Below, piece by piece: positions 9,520-19,204 of a stretch of DNA of 43,657 nucleotides. The notes under the pieces were generated by a model. The model was not told the DNA's origin. It did no database searches and saw only the letters and a program-made list of their open reading frames with translations. Positions within the stretch are counted from its first letter, which is position 1. Every line of letters starts with the position of its first letter. This stretch comes from a virus (lineage: Duplodnaviria; Caudoviricetes), in the IMG/VR virus record IMGVR_UViG_3300048861_000128, positions 1 to 43,657 of that record; one strand, 5' to 3'. Made by a program: the position numbers and the translations under genes.

Positions 9520-12500
9520 TCACCCTCTCCCCCGCAACGTGGGCGTCTGCAGCCCCCGGCTGGCCGCCGAATTAGGGTCGGCTAGCGCGCCGCCCACCAT
9601 CTCCTCGAAGGTCAGCCGCAGGTCGCGGCCGCCCTGCGAATTCCGCCGCTGCTCGACCTTCGGCGCGCCCAGTGGGGCCGACGTCTGATTGATCAGCGTC
9701 ACGCCGATCGCCGCGTCGCCACCGCCGCCCGACCAGGAACTGCCGCCGCCGAAGGCGCCGCCGGCGGCAAAGGGGGTGACGTTCGACGCAGACACGCCCA
9801 GCGACCCGTCGGGCAGGCGGGCGATCGGCAGGGGCACGATCTTGCCGCCAGGCCCGCGGGCCTTCACCGACGGGGCGCCGCCGGCATTCACCAGCGGCAT
9901 GATCGCCTCGTCGTGCAGCTTCTCGCGGATGATCCCGATTCCTCCACCATCCATCGGGAAGATGGTCGGGCTGGTGATCACGCGCCCATTGCTGAAGCCC
10001 GCCCCGTCGGCGAAGCCCAGGGCACCGATGATCCCAGTCAGGAAGTCCCCGGCGCCGCTGCTGGCCCCGCCCAGCAGGCTGCCGATGCCGTTGATCAGCT
10101 GGCCGAGCGCGCCACCGAAGCCGCCCAAGAAGCTCTGCCCCTGCTGCGACACACCCTGCGCCACGCCCTGCAGCGCCGTGCCGATCTGGTTGGTTCCGGC
10201 GACCAGCGTGTCGGTGCCCACGCCGCCGCCCAGGCTCGGGAGCCCGGTCCCGCCCGCGATACCGGCCGCCGGGGCGGTGCCGGTGGAGGCAATGTCCGGC
10301 CGGTTGGGGATGCCGCCCCCGCCCAGGCCGAGCGCACCGCCCAAGCCGGGCACGCCGCTACCGACGTTGATAGTGGCGGCGCCGACCGAGATCGAGGCGT
10401 TGGCGGCCGTTGTGGCCGCCGCAGTTGCTGCGGCGGCGCCATTGTCGTTCGCCGAGCTGATCCCCAGCAGGCCGCCGAGCCAGCCCCCGCCGTCCTTCGT
10501 GGCGATGGCGCCGAGCTGGTCGAAGGCCTGGTTGGCCAGCTTGTCGAGCGGCTGCACCACCAGCTTGTCGAGCGCGAGCTTTTCCAGGCTGTCGCCCAGG
10601 GCCGTCACGGCATCAACACCCTCGGCACTGCCGCCAGTCAGCGCCTCGACAAAGCTCTTGAAGCTGTCGCGCGCGCCATCGAGGGCGCCGTAAATCTCAG
10701 GGTTCGCCACCCGGCTGATCTGCCGGTCCACCGCCGTTTTGGCATCGTCCTGCGTGTAGCCGGCTTCCCGCAGCCGATCCAGGGTACCGGGGTCGCCGCC
10801 CTGGACCAGCGCCCGGATCTGCTGCAGCCGCGCCAGCTCGCGGGTTTGTGTCTCCTCGTCCGTGGCGGTCGATCCGATCAGCGACACCGCCTCGCCGCCC
10901 AGCTGCTGGCGCTGCCGCTCCTGGCTCTGCAGCTTGCGAAGGGCCTCCGACGCGTCGCCATACGCGACGGCCTGTGCCTTGATCTTGGCCAGCATCGCGT
11001 CTGTGACCGGAATCCCGGCCTGGTGGGCGGCATTCAGCAGATCCTGCTGCGCCTTCAGCTCGGCGGCCGCCCGCGTCGTCAGGCCAATCGTGTCGGCCTG
11101 GGTCCGCATGTCCTGCGTCGCCTTGGTGATCCGCTCCGATTCCTGGGTCCAGGCATTGCTGCGCTTGGCCGCCGAGGCAGCTTCGGCGGCGTCCTTCTTC
11201 GCCGCGTCGGCGTCAAAAGCCTTACCTTTGGCATCGCGAGCGGCATCGATCTGGTCCTGCACACCGATGACCACGCCACCGGCGGCTAGCTTGGCCGCCG
11301 CTGCCTCTCCGGCCTGATCGACCGCCTTCTGTCGCGCCCTGGCGCGTTCGGCCGCCTTTCCCCCGGCCGTGGCTGCGGCATCGTCCAGATCGCTCTGGAT
11401 ACCGCGCTGAACGTCGGCCTGTGTTGCCGCAGCCTGAAACGCCCGCCCAAAGGCCCCGGCGAAGGTTTCCGCCTTGTCGGCTATACCGCGGGCTAGGTTC
11501 TGGCCGAGGAACGTGTCGATGCCCAGGATCAGATGATCGAGCAGGTCCCCGGCGCCGCCGAAGGCCTTGCCCAGGTGGTCGGCTGCAGCGGCGGCGTCGA
11601 CCATGACGCGGTCGGCCTCGGTCGCGGTCCCGTTCAGGATCCGCATCCGCGCTTCCATCACCTCGATCTTTTCGCCGCCGATCTCGGCGCCGGCGGACAG
11701 GCCAGCCACGGCCTTGGTCCAGCTTTCGATCATCGTCTTGGCCGGGCCGGTCGCACCCTTGCCCAGGTCCACCAGCTGGTCGTAGAGGCCCGTCAGATAG
11801 TCGCTCTTGCGGTTACCCTCGAACAGCGGCTGCAGCGCCGTCTGCAGCTTGGCCTTCAGGTCGGCCGGGACTTTGAAGTCGGCGTCGAACTCCAGATGCG
11901 CCGGAATCGCGACCTGCTGGCCGGTGGCCAGGTCCAGCGACTGGTGCCCCGGCACGAATTCTGTGTTGGTGTCCCGGATCGCCTTCAGCGCCGCATCGGC
12001 CGCGGCCTTTGTCGCGCCGATCTGCTCGTCGATCTTGACCTGCAGCTGCTCGCGGATCACCTCGCGCGTGGCATCGGACATGCCGGCGAAGCTGTAGGCC
12101 AGCGCGTCGGCGGTCTGCTTCGCCCTGCCGCCGAGCGCGATCCAGTCGTCCAGCGTCTTCTGGTGCAGCTTCAGCGCGTCGTCGTTCTCCTTGCTCGACG
12201 ACGTGAACAGACCCAGCCCGTTGGCCAGGCCGGCGAAGATCGCCAAGCCCGCACCGGCGAGGGCACCCCAGATGCCGAAGACGCCGAGCAGCTGGCTGCC
12301 CTGCTGCGCGAACGCCACCAGCACATTCTGCCCGGCGGCGACCTGCACGCTGAAATCCTGGACCTGGTAGCCGGCCTGCTGCGCGAACAGGCCGAACCGG
12401 CGGGCACCGGCGCCGGCCACATTCGTCTGGGCAGCGGTGTTCGTGTTCGCGGCGCTCAGCTTGGTGTGGGCTGCTGTCGCCGCGGTGGCGGCCTCTGCTT

Positions 12501-12858
12501 CGCTGACAAGCGCGCGACGGCCGGCCTCGGCTCCTGCTGCGGCCGCGTTCTCTGCGGCCGCGAGGCCGCTTGCCGCACCTGTCGCGCTGGCCATTGCCGC
12601 GGTGGCCTGGGCAGCGGCCTGGCTCTCCTCCTGGATGGCCTGCCCCGCGGCCGCGGCGGCGGCGCCCATGGGGGCTGTCACGGCCGTCAACTGACCTGCC
12701 GCGGCAGCCATCTCGCCCAGCGCGCCAGGCCCGCCACCGCCGATGTTGGCGAGCTGCTGCAGCTCGCCGCGGAACGACGCGACATTGGACTTGGCGGCGG
12801 CGGTGTCGGCCTCGACCAGGATGCCGACGCGCAGGACTGTGATCGGGGCGTTAGCCAT
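9520..12858 (-). CDS. Tail tape measure protein
   Basis: 1112 aa, Ala-rich; QAGYQVQDFSVQVAAGQNVLVAFAQQGSQL motif; C-terminal FADG...EAIMPL motif. Confidence 0.92.
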   Translation of the reverse strand: MANAPITVLRVGILVEADTAAAKSNVASFRGELQQLANIGGGGPGALGEMAAAAGQLTAVTAPMGAAAAAAGQAIQEESQAAAQATAAMASATGAASGLAAAENAAAAGAEAGRRALVSEAEAATAATAAHTKLSAANTNTAAQTNVAGAGARRFGLFAQQAGYQVQDFSVQVAAGQNVLVAFAQQGSQLLGVFGIWGALAGAGLAIFAGLANGLGLFTSSSKENDDALKLHQKTLDDWIALGGRAKQTADALAYSFAGMSDATREVIREQLQVKIDEQIGATKAAADAALKAIRDTNTEFVPGHQSLDLATGQQVAIPAHLEFDADFKVPADLKAKLQTALQPLFEGNRKSDYLTGLYDQLVDLGKGATGPAKTMIESWTKAVAGLSAGAEIGGEKIEVMEARMRILNGTATEADRVMVDAAAAADHLGKAFGGAGDLLDHLILGIDTFLGQNLARGIADKAETFAGAFGRAFQAAATQADVQRGIQSDLDDAAATAGGKAAERARARQKAVDQAGEAAAAKLAAGGVVIGVQDQIDAARDAKGKAFDADAAKKDAAEAASAAKRSNAWTQESERITKATQDMRTQADTIGLTTRAAAELKAQQDLLNAAHQAGIPVTDAMLAKIKAQAVAYGDASEALRKLQSQERQRQQLGGEAVSLIGSTATDEETQTRELARLQQIRALVQGGDPGTLDRLREAGYTQDDAKTAVDRQISRVANPEIYGALDGARDSFKSFVEALTGGSAEGVDAVTALGDSLEKLALDKLVVQPLDKLANQAFDQLGAIATKDGGGWLGGLLGISSANDNGAAAATAAATTAANASISVGAATINVGSGVPGLGGALGLGGGGIPNRPDIASTGTAPAAGIAGGTGLPSLGGGVGTDTLVAGTNQIGTALQGVAQGVSQQGQSFLGGFGGALGQLINGIGSLLGGASSGAGDFLTGIIGALGFADGAGFSNGRVITSPTIFPMDGGGIGIIREKLHDEAIMPLVNAGGAPSVKARGPGGKIVPLPIARLPDGSLGVSASNVTPFAAGGAFGGGSSWSGGGGDAAIGVTLINQTSAPLGAPKVEQRRNSQGGRDLRLTFEEMVGGALADPNSAASRGLQTPTLRGRG

Positions 12859-13156
12859 GGCGATCGTTCATCAGGCAGCGCGCCTCCGCCTCCATGACCC
12901 GGATGTCGTCGAACCGCCGCGGCGTCATCTTGACGCCCGACATCCGCGCGGCAGCTTCGATCCCGGGATAGTCCAGCCCGGTCGCGATCGGCATCTTCCC
13001 TCCGGCCAGGAAACGCCATTGCGTCTGCACCGCCAGGAACAGGCGGAAGGACTTGGCGTTGTCGGGCCATATCGCCGGCGCCGCCCGGTCCTGTTGGAAC
13101 CGGGCGACGGGCTCGATTTCATGCTCGGGAACGCCCAGGGCGCGCAGCTCGGTCAC
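12851..13156 (-). CDS. DUF1799-like tail chaperone extension (frameshift product, lambda T-like)
   Basis: IWPDN...FLAVQTQWR...GLDY...IRVMEAEA; reachable by -1 shift from the upstream gene. Confidence 0.8.
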   Translation of the reverse strand: MTELRALGVPEHEIEPVARFQQDRAAPAIWPDNAKSFRLFLAVQTQWRFLAGGKMPIATGLDYPGIEAAARMSGVKMTPRRFDDIRVMEAEARCLMNDRHG

Positions 13157-13212
13157 AGTGTCCTCGTCGATCGGGGTGTCATCGCCGGCCAGCAGGAACC
13201 GGACGGCGGCGA

Positions 13213-13605
13213 TCAGTTTCCCCGGCGATTCTCCTCGGCCCCCGTGCCGGTGACCGCGCGCGAATAGGCAGTGACGATCGCGGTCCCGGCCCCGAACATG
13301 TCCAGGACCGTGGCCAGCGCCTGGCGTGAGAAGGCGAGCGGCGTGGCATCCGCCTCGCCGATCGCCGCACTGTCCCAGCCCAGCACGATGCGCTCATAGA
13401 TCGCGGTGGCGGCTTCCACCGCCTCCTCCTCGGATTGGGCCTTGGCGCTGGCCTCGTGGAGGTCGCGCAACAGCTGGGCGAAGGCGCTGGCCTTGATCTG
13501 CCGGAACTGGAAGGTCACGGCCTTGGCGGTGCGCTGCCCGTCTTCCCCGACCTGCCAGAACTCCACCGGCCAGCTGAAACGGCGCTCGGAAGCGACGATG
13601 AACAT
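13213..13605 (-). CDS. Tail assembly chaperone (lambda G-like)
   Basis: Between tail tube and tape measure; FSWPV and IVLGWD motifs; ends RRGN on slippery GGGAAAC. Confidence 0.82.
   Translation of the reverse strand: MFIVASERRFSWPVEFWQVGEDGQRTAKAVTFQFRQIKASAFAQLLRDLHEASAKAQSEEEAVEAATAIYERIVLGWDSAAIGEADATPLAFSRQALATVLDMFGAGTAIVTAYSRAVTGTGAEENRRGN
13216..13222 (-). other. -1 programmed frameshift slippery site G GGA AAC
   Basis: XXXYYYZ heptamer immediately before TGA; the -1 frame is open into the DUF1799-like ORF. Confidence 0.82.
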
Positions 13606-13653
13606 GGGTTAAAGACCCCTTTAAGTGTGATTGAACCTGGCCGTCGGGACGGC

Positions 13654-14583
13654 CTATTTGACGGTGAGCAGGAACTCGTCGTCGCCGGTGGTCGGCAACG
13701 CATCGAACGGGATGGTCCATTCCTCGATGCCGTCGGTCTCGCCGAGCGTCACGTCGGTCAGCTGGATAGTCGCCATGTTCAGGTCAACGATGTTGCCGGC
13801 GACGGCGCCGTGCACGACGTGCAGCGGGCCCAACGTCTCGGCGTCGACCAACTGGTAGGGATTGAACGTTGCGATATCGGTGGCGGCGACCACGATCGTG
13901 CCGTTCATCGCGCGATCGGACTGCACCACCTCCTCGTCGCCGATCATGAAGTGGGGGGCGACCACATTGCCGAAGTTGAAGGTGAGCTTGCGGACGATGG
14001 CGGCCCAGCCGAACAGGGTCACCGTGGTGTTCGTCTTGTTGCAGATCAGCGGCTTGGTGAAACCGGTCAGGGTCGGCGCCGGCAGCACGACGGCCGTCGG
14101 TGCTTGCCACAGGCTGGTGAAGCTGTAGCGCACGATCGGCCGCTTCGACTTCTCCAGCGTGATCACGGCGTCGCCGCGGCCGCCCAGCAAGGCATGGCGG
14201 CGACCGTCGTAGTTCATGTGGTTGGTGATCGACTCCCAGCCCGAGGAGACAGGGTGGTACTGGACGTCGGTCCCGACGGTCTGCACGGCCGCCATTCCGC
14301 AGGCGCGCAACAGCGGGCTGTAGCCGGGCAACGTGCCGGCGGTACCGGCGCCCGCCAGCTCGACGTCGAATTCAAGCTTCTGCTGCTTCTCCACCCGCAT
14401 GCTGGGCTTGGCCCCATAGTACGGGGTCATGTAGCCGCGCTTTTCGGTGCTGCCCCCCATCGGGGTCAGAGTGCCGTTCTCGGCCAGGATCGCGTTGGCA
14501 GCGCCGGTCGGGACCGGGTCGACGCCGTAGGTGGCCTCGATCTTGCTGGTCAGCACTTGGCGGCGGAAATACTTACGGGCCAT
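13654..14583 (-). CDS. Major tail tube protein
   Basis: 309 aa; KIEATYGVDP, GTLPGYSPLLRACG, GDDEF motifs; no sheath gene nearby. Confidence 0.85.
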   Translation of the reverse strand: MARKYFRRQVLTSKIEATYGVDPVPTGAANAILAENGTLTPMGGSTEKRGYMTPYYGAKPSMRVEKQQKLEFDVELAGAGTAGTLPGYSPLLRACGMAAVQTVGTDVQYHPVSSGWESITNHMNYDGRRHALLGGRGDAVITLEKSKRPIVRYSFTSLWQAPTAVVLPAPTLTGFTKPLICNKTNTTVTLFGWAAIVRKLTFNFGNVVAPHFMIGDEEVVQSDRAMNGTIVVAATDIATFNPYQLVDAETLGPLHVVHGAVAGNIVDLNMATIQLTDVTLGETDGIEEWTIPFDALPTTGDDEFLLTVK

Positions 14584-14586
14584 GGA

Positions 14587-14961
14587 TCAGCCCTCCTTCG
14601 GGCCAGGAAATATCTCGCTGAGCGTGCGGCCACGCGCCGGCTTGGGCTTGCTAGCCTCTTCCCCCGACACCTCGACCGTGCCGTCACCTTCGGCCGCGGC
14701 GGTGGCCGTCTGGGAGAGTGCAGGCGCCGACGGTTCGGCCTGGCCGGCTTCTGCCGCCGGCGCCTGCGGGGCGCCGTCACCTGTGGTGACGGCCGTCTGG
14801 GGGGCGGTGGCCTGCAGACCGCCGGAGGCCTCATCAAGGCCCTCCGATCCGTCCCCCCGGGTATCCTGCTGCGAAACCTGTTCGCCGGTCGGCATGGTCC
14901 GCTCGACCAGCTCGGGCGTGGCATCCGGCGTCTCGCGCCGATAGAGACCCCCAACCTTCAT
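14587..14961 (-). CDS. Low-complexity acidic/Ala-rich hypothetical protein
   Basis: Fills the gap in the operon; GAGGA RBS before ATG. Confidence 0.55.
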   Translation of the reverse strand: MKVGGLYRRETPDATPELVERTMPTGEQVSQQDTRGDGSEGLDEASGGLQATAPQTAVTTGDGAPQAPAAEAGQAEPSAPALSQTATAAAEGDGTVEVSGEEASKPKPARGRTLSEIFPGPKEG

Positions 14962-14970
14962 CAGATCCTC

Positions 14971-15402
14971 CTAGTCGGTGTAGCGATCGCCGGCGAAATC
15001 CAGCTGGTAGAAGACGGCGCCGGCGGTCAGCGACAGCAGCGCGCCCCGCACGACGTCCAGCGGCGTCTCGACCGATGCAGGCTGCCAGCCGACCAGGGCG
15101 GCCTCGATCGCCTTCTCCAGCACCGTGATGCTGGGCAGGCTCTTGCCGCCGGTGGCGTCGCCGGCGTAGCGGACGAGGAAGACGACACCGACCCGTTCGG
15201 TGATGCGTTGGCTATGCGCGCCGGTGAACACTGTGTTCGGCGCCGCCCCGAAGCCCAGCGGCAGCACGAAGGACGCCGGCGTGCGCGGCGGCAGCGTCTT
15301 CTGCGCCACCAGCGTCGCCAGCTCGGCCGCGCCCTCGACCCGGTTCTGGAATGCCGGCACCTCGGCCTTCAGGCGTTCGGTCACGTCGTCGACCAGGCTC
15401 AT
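14971..15402 (-). CDS. Tail terminator-like protein (Mu gp37-like)
   Basis: TPASFVLP and AALVGWQP motifs; position before the tail tube. Confidence 0.75.
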   Translation of the reverse strand: MSLVDDVTERLKAEVPAFQNRVEGAAELATLVAQKTLPPRTPASFVLPLGFGAAPNTVFTGAHSQRITERVGVVFLVRYAGDATGGKSLPSITVLEKAIEAALVGWQPASVETPLDVVRGALLSLTAGAVFYQLDFAGDRYTD

Positions 15403-15956
15403 GACGGAGTCCCTGCCGACAAGGTGAAGTGGTCGATCAGAATTGCCCCGATCTCCACCTGGTCGGCATCGTCGATGCCCAGGAACGGCCGCGCCGGCAT
15501 CTCGATCTCATGAGCACCGACCGCATGGTCGGTCGCGAAGTTCGATTTCGACCGCTTCACGAAGCGGGGCAGCAGCTCGTCCAGCTTCTCGTCATATTTG
15601 CGATAGATCGTCTGGGTCCGAGCCTCGCGCTTGATCGTGCCGCCCAGCTGGTGGATGGCGGCATAGACGACATTGGTCCCGACCTCGGCGCCGTCGGCGG
15701 AGGCCAGATGTGTGATCGACTGGCGCAGCCTGGCCGTCTCGGTCAGGGTCTGCCCGCCTTCCTTCAGGGCGCGCAGCGACGGCGGCCACGGGTTGCCGTC
15801 CGGGCCCGTTTCCGTCTCGAACCGGTGGACGGTCGATCCGACCAACGAGGCGCCGATCGCGTCGAACGCCGGCAGCATGTCGACCAGGCCGGCCTCGATC
15901 TGGCCGAACGCCGCCATGACGACAGCATCATCGACCCTGATGCCGACGCCGGTCAT
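15399..15956 (-). CDS. Phage virion morphogenesis protein (Mu G/tail S family)
   Basis: RFETETGPDGNPW, VGTNVVYAAIHQLGG, MPARPFLG. Confidence 0.9.
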   Translation of the reverse strand: MTGVGIRVDDAVVMAAFGQIEAGLVDMLPAFDAIGASLVGSTVHRFETETGPDGNPWPPSLRALKEGGQTLTETARLRQSITHLASADGAEVGTNVVYAAIHQLGGTIKREARTQTIYRKYDEKLDELLPRFVKRSKSNFATDHAVGAHEIEMPARPFLGIDDADQVEIGAILIDHFTLSAGTPS

Positions 15957-16387
15957 TACATCCCCGCCTTGAGATTGCCGGCCGTGAAGACGCGATCGCC
16001 GCCAGTGAAGCGGACGCCACCGCTGGCCTGCGCCGCCGGCGGCTCGGTTCCCCCGATGTCCAGGCGCACCTGGCCGGCCGCGATCGCCTGCAGCGTCTTG
16101 ATGGCGTCGCGATAGTCTTCCCGCACCTTCTCCGGCACGACATCGACATGCAGCTTGTACAGGCCGATGGTCGCGGCCAAGTCGCGCAGCAGCGACGGTA
16201 CGGTGGGCAGCGGCAGGGCGTAGCGCGCGGCCAGGTAGCCGTCGATCAGCGCGTCGGTGTCGTCGAGCGCCCGGGTCATGACCGCCGCGTCGATCGCCCC
16301 GGCGGGCGGTTCGGCGCGGTCGGTCAGCTGCACCAGGCGCTCGTTGCCGTAGCGGTCGACCAGCTCATCCTGGGTCGCGTAGCTCAC
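15956..16387 (-). CDS. Head-tail adaptor, DUF1320/Mu gp36 family
   Basis: YATQDELVDRYG, IDGYLAARYALPL, YRDAIKTL; GTG start overlaps the upstream stop. Confidence 0.88.
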   Translation of the reverse strand: MSYATQDELVDRYGNERLVQLTDRAEPPAGAIDAAVMTRALDDTDALIDGYLAARYALPLPTVPSLLRDLAATIGLYKLHVDVVPEKVREDYRDAIKTLQAIAAGQVRLDIGGTEPPAAQASGGVRFTGGDRVFTAGNLKAGM

Positions 16388-16662
16388 TTCGATCCCTTGC
16401 CACGCTTGCCGGCGGCATCGGCCAACGCTGCCGCCTTGGCCGCCTCTTCCTCGGCCAGACGCTCGCGGTCGGCGTCGGCCTCTTCCAGCCATCGCTCCAG
16501 CGGCATGCCGGACGGCTCGACGATCAGCATCGGCTCGGCGAGCAGCGCTTCGATCTGCTCGTCGGTGAAGATGCCCACCCGATGCTCGACGGGCGAGGCC
16601 GGGTGGGAAAGGCCGGCGCGACGGAAACCGTCGCGCCGGGCCGTGATGCGAAAGGCGGTCAT
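16384..16662 (-). CDS. HI1506-related (Mu gp35-like) protein
   Basis: ITARRDGFRRAG...QIEALLAEPML directly after the capsid gene. Confidence 0.78.
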   Translation of the reverse strand: MTAFRITARRDGFRRAGLSHPASPVEHRVGIFTDEQIEALLAEPMLIVEPSGMPLERWLEEADADRERLAEEEAAKAAALADAAGKRGKGSK

Positions 16663-16666
16663 GGCG

Positions 16667-17560
16667 TCAGGCCAGCCAGGGCACGACCATGAGCTCGGCG
16701 GTGCCGGCCCAGGGATTGCTCTCACCGCCGTTCACCAGCTGGCTCTGCAGCAGGCGGCGGCCGGCTCCTTCCAGCGCCGGCGGCACCACCAGCAGGTTCG
16801 GCACGACGCCGAGCGGCCGGCCATAGTCGCCCTTGAGGCCCGACATCGCCGCGCGCGCCGCCTCGTAGGCGGTCCCGTCCAGCGTCTGCTTCGAACCGTA
16901 GGCGAGCTGCCAGAAGCCGAAGCCGACATTGCTGCGGCCATCGACGCCGTAGCGGAACTCCTTCTTGCTGAAGACGTTCTCGTCAGTCGGCGCGTCCATC
17001 GACACGAAGTCGAAGGCCTTGCGCTGCTGGAAGATGGTCGGTTTCAGCGCGCGGCTGACGTCCAGCAGATACCAGCCGGTGCCCGAGCCGCCGCCGGTGT
17101 TGCTGACCGACTGGGCCACGCCGTTCGCGTCGAGCACCGGATGATCGGTGTCGAAGAAGAACTGCTTGTCGTAGCAGGGCGTGCTGAAGCCGGCCTTCAG
17201 CAGCGGGAAGATCAGCTCGTCCGGGAAGGTCGCGGTGGTGCGGCCCATCTCACCGAACAGCGGTGTGTAGACGCCGACGTTGTCGTCCGAGATGTCGTCC
17301 CGGTCGACGGCGATCGTCATCTCCCACGGCTTGTTCTTGATCGCGTAGTCGGAGCTGGAGATGTTGTTGACCACGCGGTCGCCCAGCCACTCCCGGACCC
17401 GCGGCAGCTGGTTCAGCCAGCCATACTCGTTGCTCTTGGTGCCGGACGGCACCACCGTGGCGACCCGGGTGTACATCGGCGTGATGCTGCCGAGCACCCG
17501 CTGGAATTCGGCGCGGTAGCCGATGCCGAGGGTCCGAAGATTGGCGGCGTTGATCTGCAC
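16667..17560 (-). CDS. Major capsid protein (Mu gpT family)
   Basis: NEYGWL..LPRVREWLGDR, CYDKQFFFDTDHP, GFGFWQLAYGS. Confidence 0.95.
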   Translation of the reverse strand: MQINAANLRTLGIGYRAEFQRVLGSITPMYTRVATVVPSGTKSNEYGWLNQLPRVREWLGDRVVNNISSSDYAIKNKPWEMTIAVDRDDISDDNVGVYTPLFGEMGRTTATFPDELIFPLLKAGFSTPCYDKQFFFDTDHPVLDANGVAQSVSNTGGGSGTGWYLLDVSRALKPTIFQQRKAFDFVSMDAPTDENVFSKKEFRYGVDGRSNVGFGFWQLAYGSKQTLDGTAYEAARAAMSGLKGDYGRPLGVVPNLLVVPPALEGAGRRLLQSQLVNGGESNPWAGTAELMVVPWLA

Positions 17561-17572
17561 GGGCGTGGCTCC

Positions 17573-17980
17573 TTAGAACTTGATCCAGACGCCCTGGGCG
17601 TCGACGTCGAAGACGGTGCCGGCGGGGGATCGGGTGCCGGTGCCGTCGGTTTTGGCGACCGTCTGGTCGTCGACGATGTAGGCGACGTCGCCGATCTCGC
17701 CCCGGGTGATGGCGTCGGTCGACGCGCTGTTGGCGAAGCGGAACACACCCTTGCGGATGCGGACGTTGATGTCGCCGGCGGCGCCGGCGCTGTTGTCGGC
17801 GCGGGCGTCGGCGCGGCCGAGACCGACCAGGCCGAGCGCGGTGGCGCCCTTGGTGGCGAAGCCGGCGGCGTTGCCCGCCACCAGGGAGCCCGCGAAGATC
17901 ACGGTCGCGGCGGCGACCCCGATCTCCAGGATGCCGCCATCGCGGTAGGGCGTGTCGCGGTCGGCAGTCAGCGCGGCCAT
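17573..17980 (-). CDS. Head decoration/cement-like protein
   Basis: Between protease and capsid; YIVDDQTV and GVWI motifs. Confidence 0.7.
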   Translation of the reverse strand: MAALTADRDTPYRDGGILEIGVAAATVIFAGSLVAGNAAGFATKGATALGLVGLGRADARADNSAGAAGDINVRIRKGVFRFANSASTDAITRGEIGDVAYIVDDQTVAKTDGTGTRSPAGTVFDVDAQGVWIKF

Positions 17981-19104
17981 TACAGGGTCTCCGTCTTGGT
18001 GACTTCGGCCTTCGACTTCCGATAGGCCTCCGGATCGATGCCCATCAGGGCGATCGCCTTGGCCTCTTCGGCGTCGACACCCGGCAGGGTGTCGGTGGCG
18101 GGGATGATCGGCAGCGGCGCGGAATGCAGCGACGGCATCGCCGCCAGCTCCTTATCGACACCGGCCGGGTCGGCGATGTGCCGCGCGATGTAGTGGTCGC
18201 GCAGCGGCTTGATGCCGGGCTTGCCGGCCTTGATCGCACCGTCGACGGCGGCCTGCGCCTTATCCGTCGACACCGACGTCTGCAGCGCCGTGAACTGGGA
18301 CTGCAGCGCGACCACCTGGGCTGCCGGCACCGTCTTCGCCGGGTCGGCGAGGATCTTGACCGCGCCCAGGATGTCCGTCGCGGTCGCGGCCGCCGCCAGC
18401 CCAAGCGCCGTGGCAATCGGCGTCAGCTGCGCCGCATGGGTCGACGGCGCGGCCTTCAGCGTGGTGACGGCGCCCAGCACGGCCGCGTCGTCCGCGGTCG
18501 CGGGCAGGCCAAGATCGGTCCGCAGCTGCGTCGCGTGAGTGGAGACGCCGGTCTTGAGACTGGCGACGGCGCCGAGGACGGCCTTTTCGTCCGCCGCCGC
18601 GGGCAGGCCGAGGGCGGTGCGCAGCTGCGCGAGGAGATCCATTTCGGTTTCCTGTTGGTGGAGGGACGCGAGGGTCAGGTTGGGCGCGTTAACCAGCGAA
18701 GCGCGGAGAAGGCGCAGCACCCGGCCGGTCGACTTCTCGACGGAGATGGCCGGCGAGATGTGCCGATAGGCCTTGTCCTCGACGAGGGCGCGGCCGGCGC
18801 CGGTCCATTCGACCCGGCCCCAGATCCCGTCGGTCCGCGATTCAAGCGCCGTGATCCAGCCGCGAGCTGGCGCCGGCTCGCCCTTCGGCGCCGCCAGGTC
18901 GGTCGAATGGTTCTCGTCGATCGGCAGCCGGGCGCCGGCCGGCATGCTGGCGGACAGCACCGCACCGACATCGGCCAGCTGATAGGGGCCGCGGCCATCG
19001 ACGCCGCTGAAGGTGCCGGCCGGCACGAAATGCACCCATTCGGGCGCGGCCTGTCCGTCGGACAGGGCAGCGGCCTGCAGGGTGATGATCTGGTGCAACG
19101 TCAT
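17980..19104 (-). CDS. Prohead protease/scaffold (Mu I/Z-like)
   Basis: PAGTFSGVDGRGP, PIDENH, APARGWI, VEWT, YRHISP, LVNAPNL; start 19104 favoured by promoter geometry (19110 possible). Confidence 0.9.
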   Translation of the reverse strand: MTLHQIITLQAAALSDGQAAPEWVHFVPAGTFSGVDGRGPYQLADVGAVLSASMPAGARLPIDENHSTDLAAPKGEPAPARGWITALESRTDGIWGRVEWTGAGRALVEDKAYRHISPAISVEKSTGRVLRLLRASLVNAPNLTLASLHQQETEMDLLAQLRTALGLPAAADEKAVLGAVASLKTGVSTHATQLRTDLGLPATADDAAVLGAVTTLKAAPSTHAAQLTPIATALGLAAAATATDILGAVKILADPAKTVPAAQVVALQSQFTALQTSVSTDKAQAAVDGAIKAGKPGIKPLRDHYIARHIADPAGVDKELAAMPSLHSAPLPIIPATDTLPGVDAEEAKAIALMGIDPEAYRKSKAEVTKTETL

Positions 19105-19136
19105 GGCCATGACCCTGACGGGTCCGGACCCCGGAA

Positions 19137-19152
19137 ATCAGTCCCTAGGACC
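19137..19152 (-). promoter_or_regulatory. Late-promoter activator site GGTCCTAGGGACTGAT upstream of the protease gene
   Basis: Exact 16-bp match to 27207-27222; GTCC-N3-GGAC dyad. Confidence 0.7.
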
Positions 19153-19204
19153 ATGGGGGCGGCATGGGTCGAAACGGGGGTGTACCCGTGGGGCGAGGAT
19201 CGAC

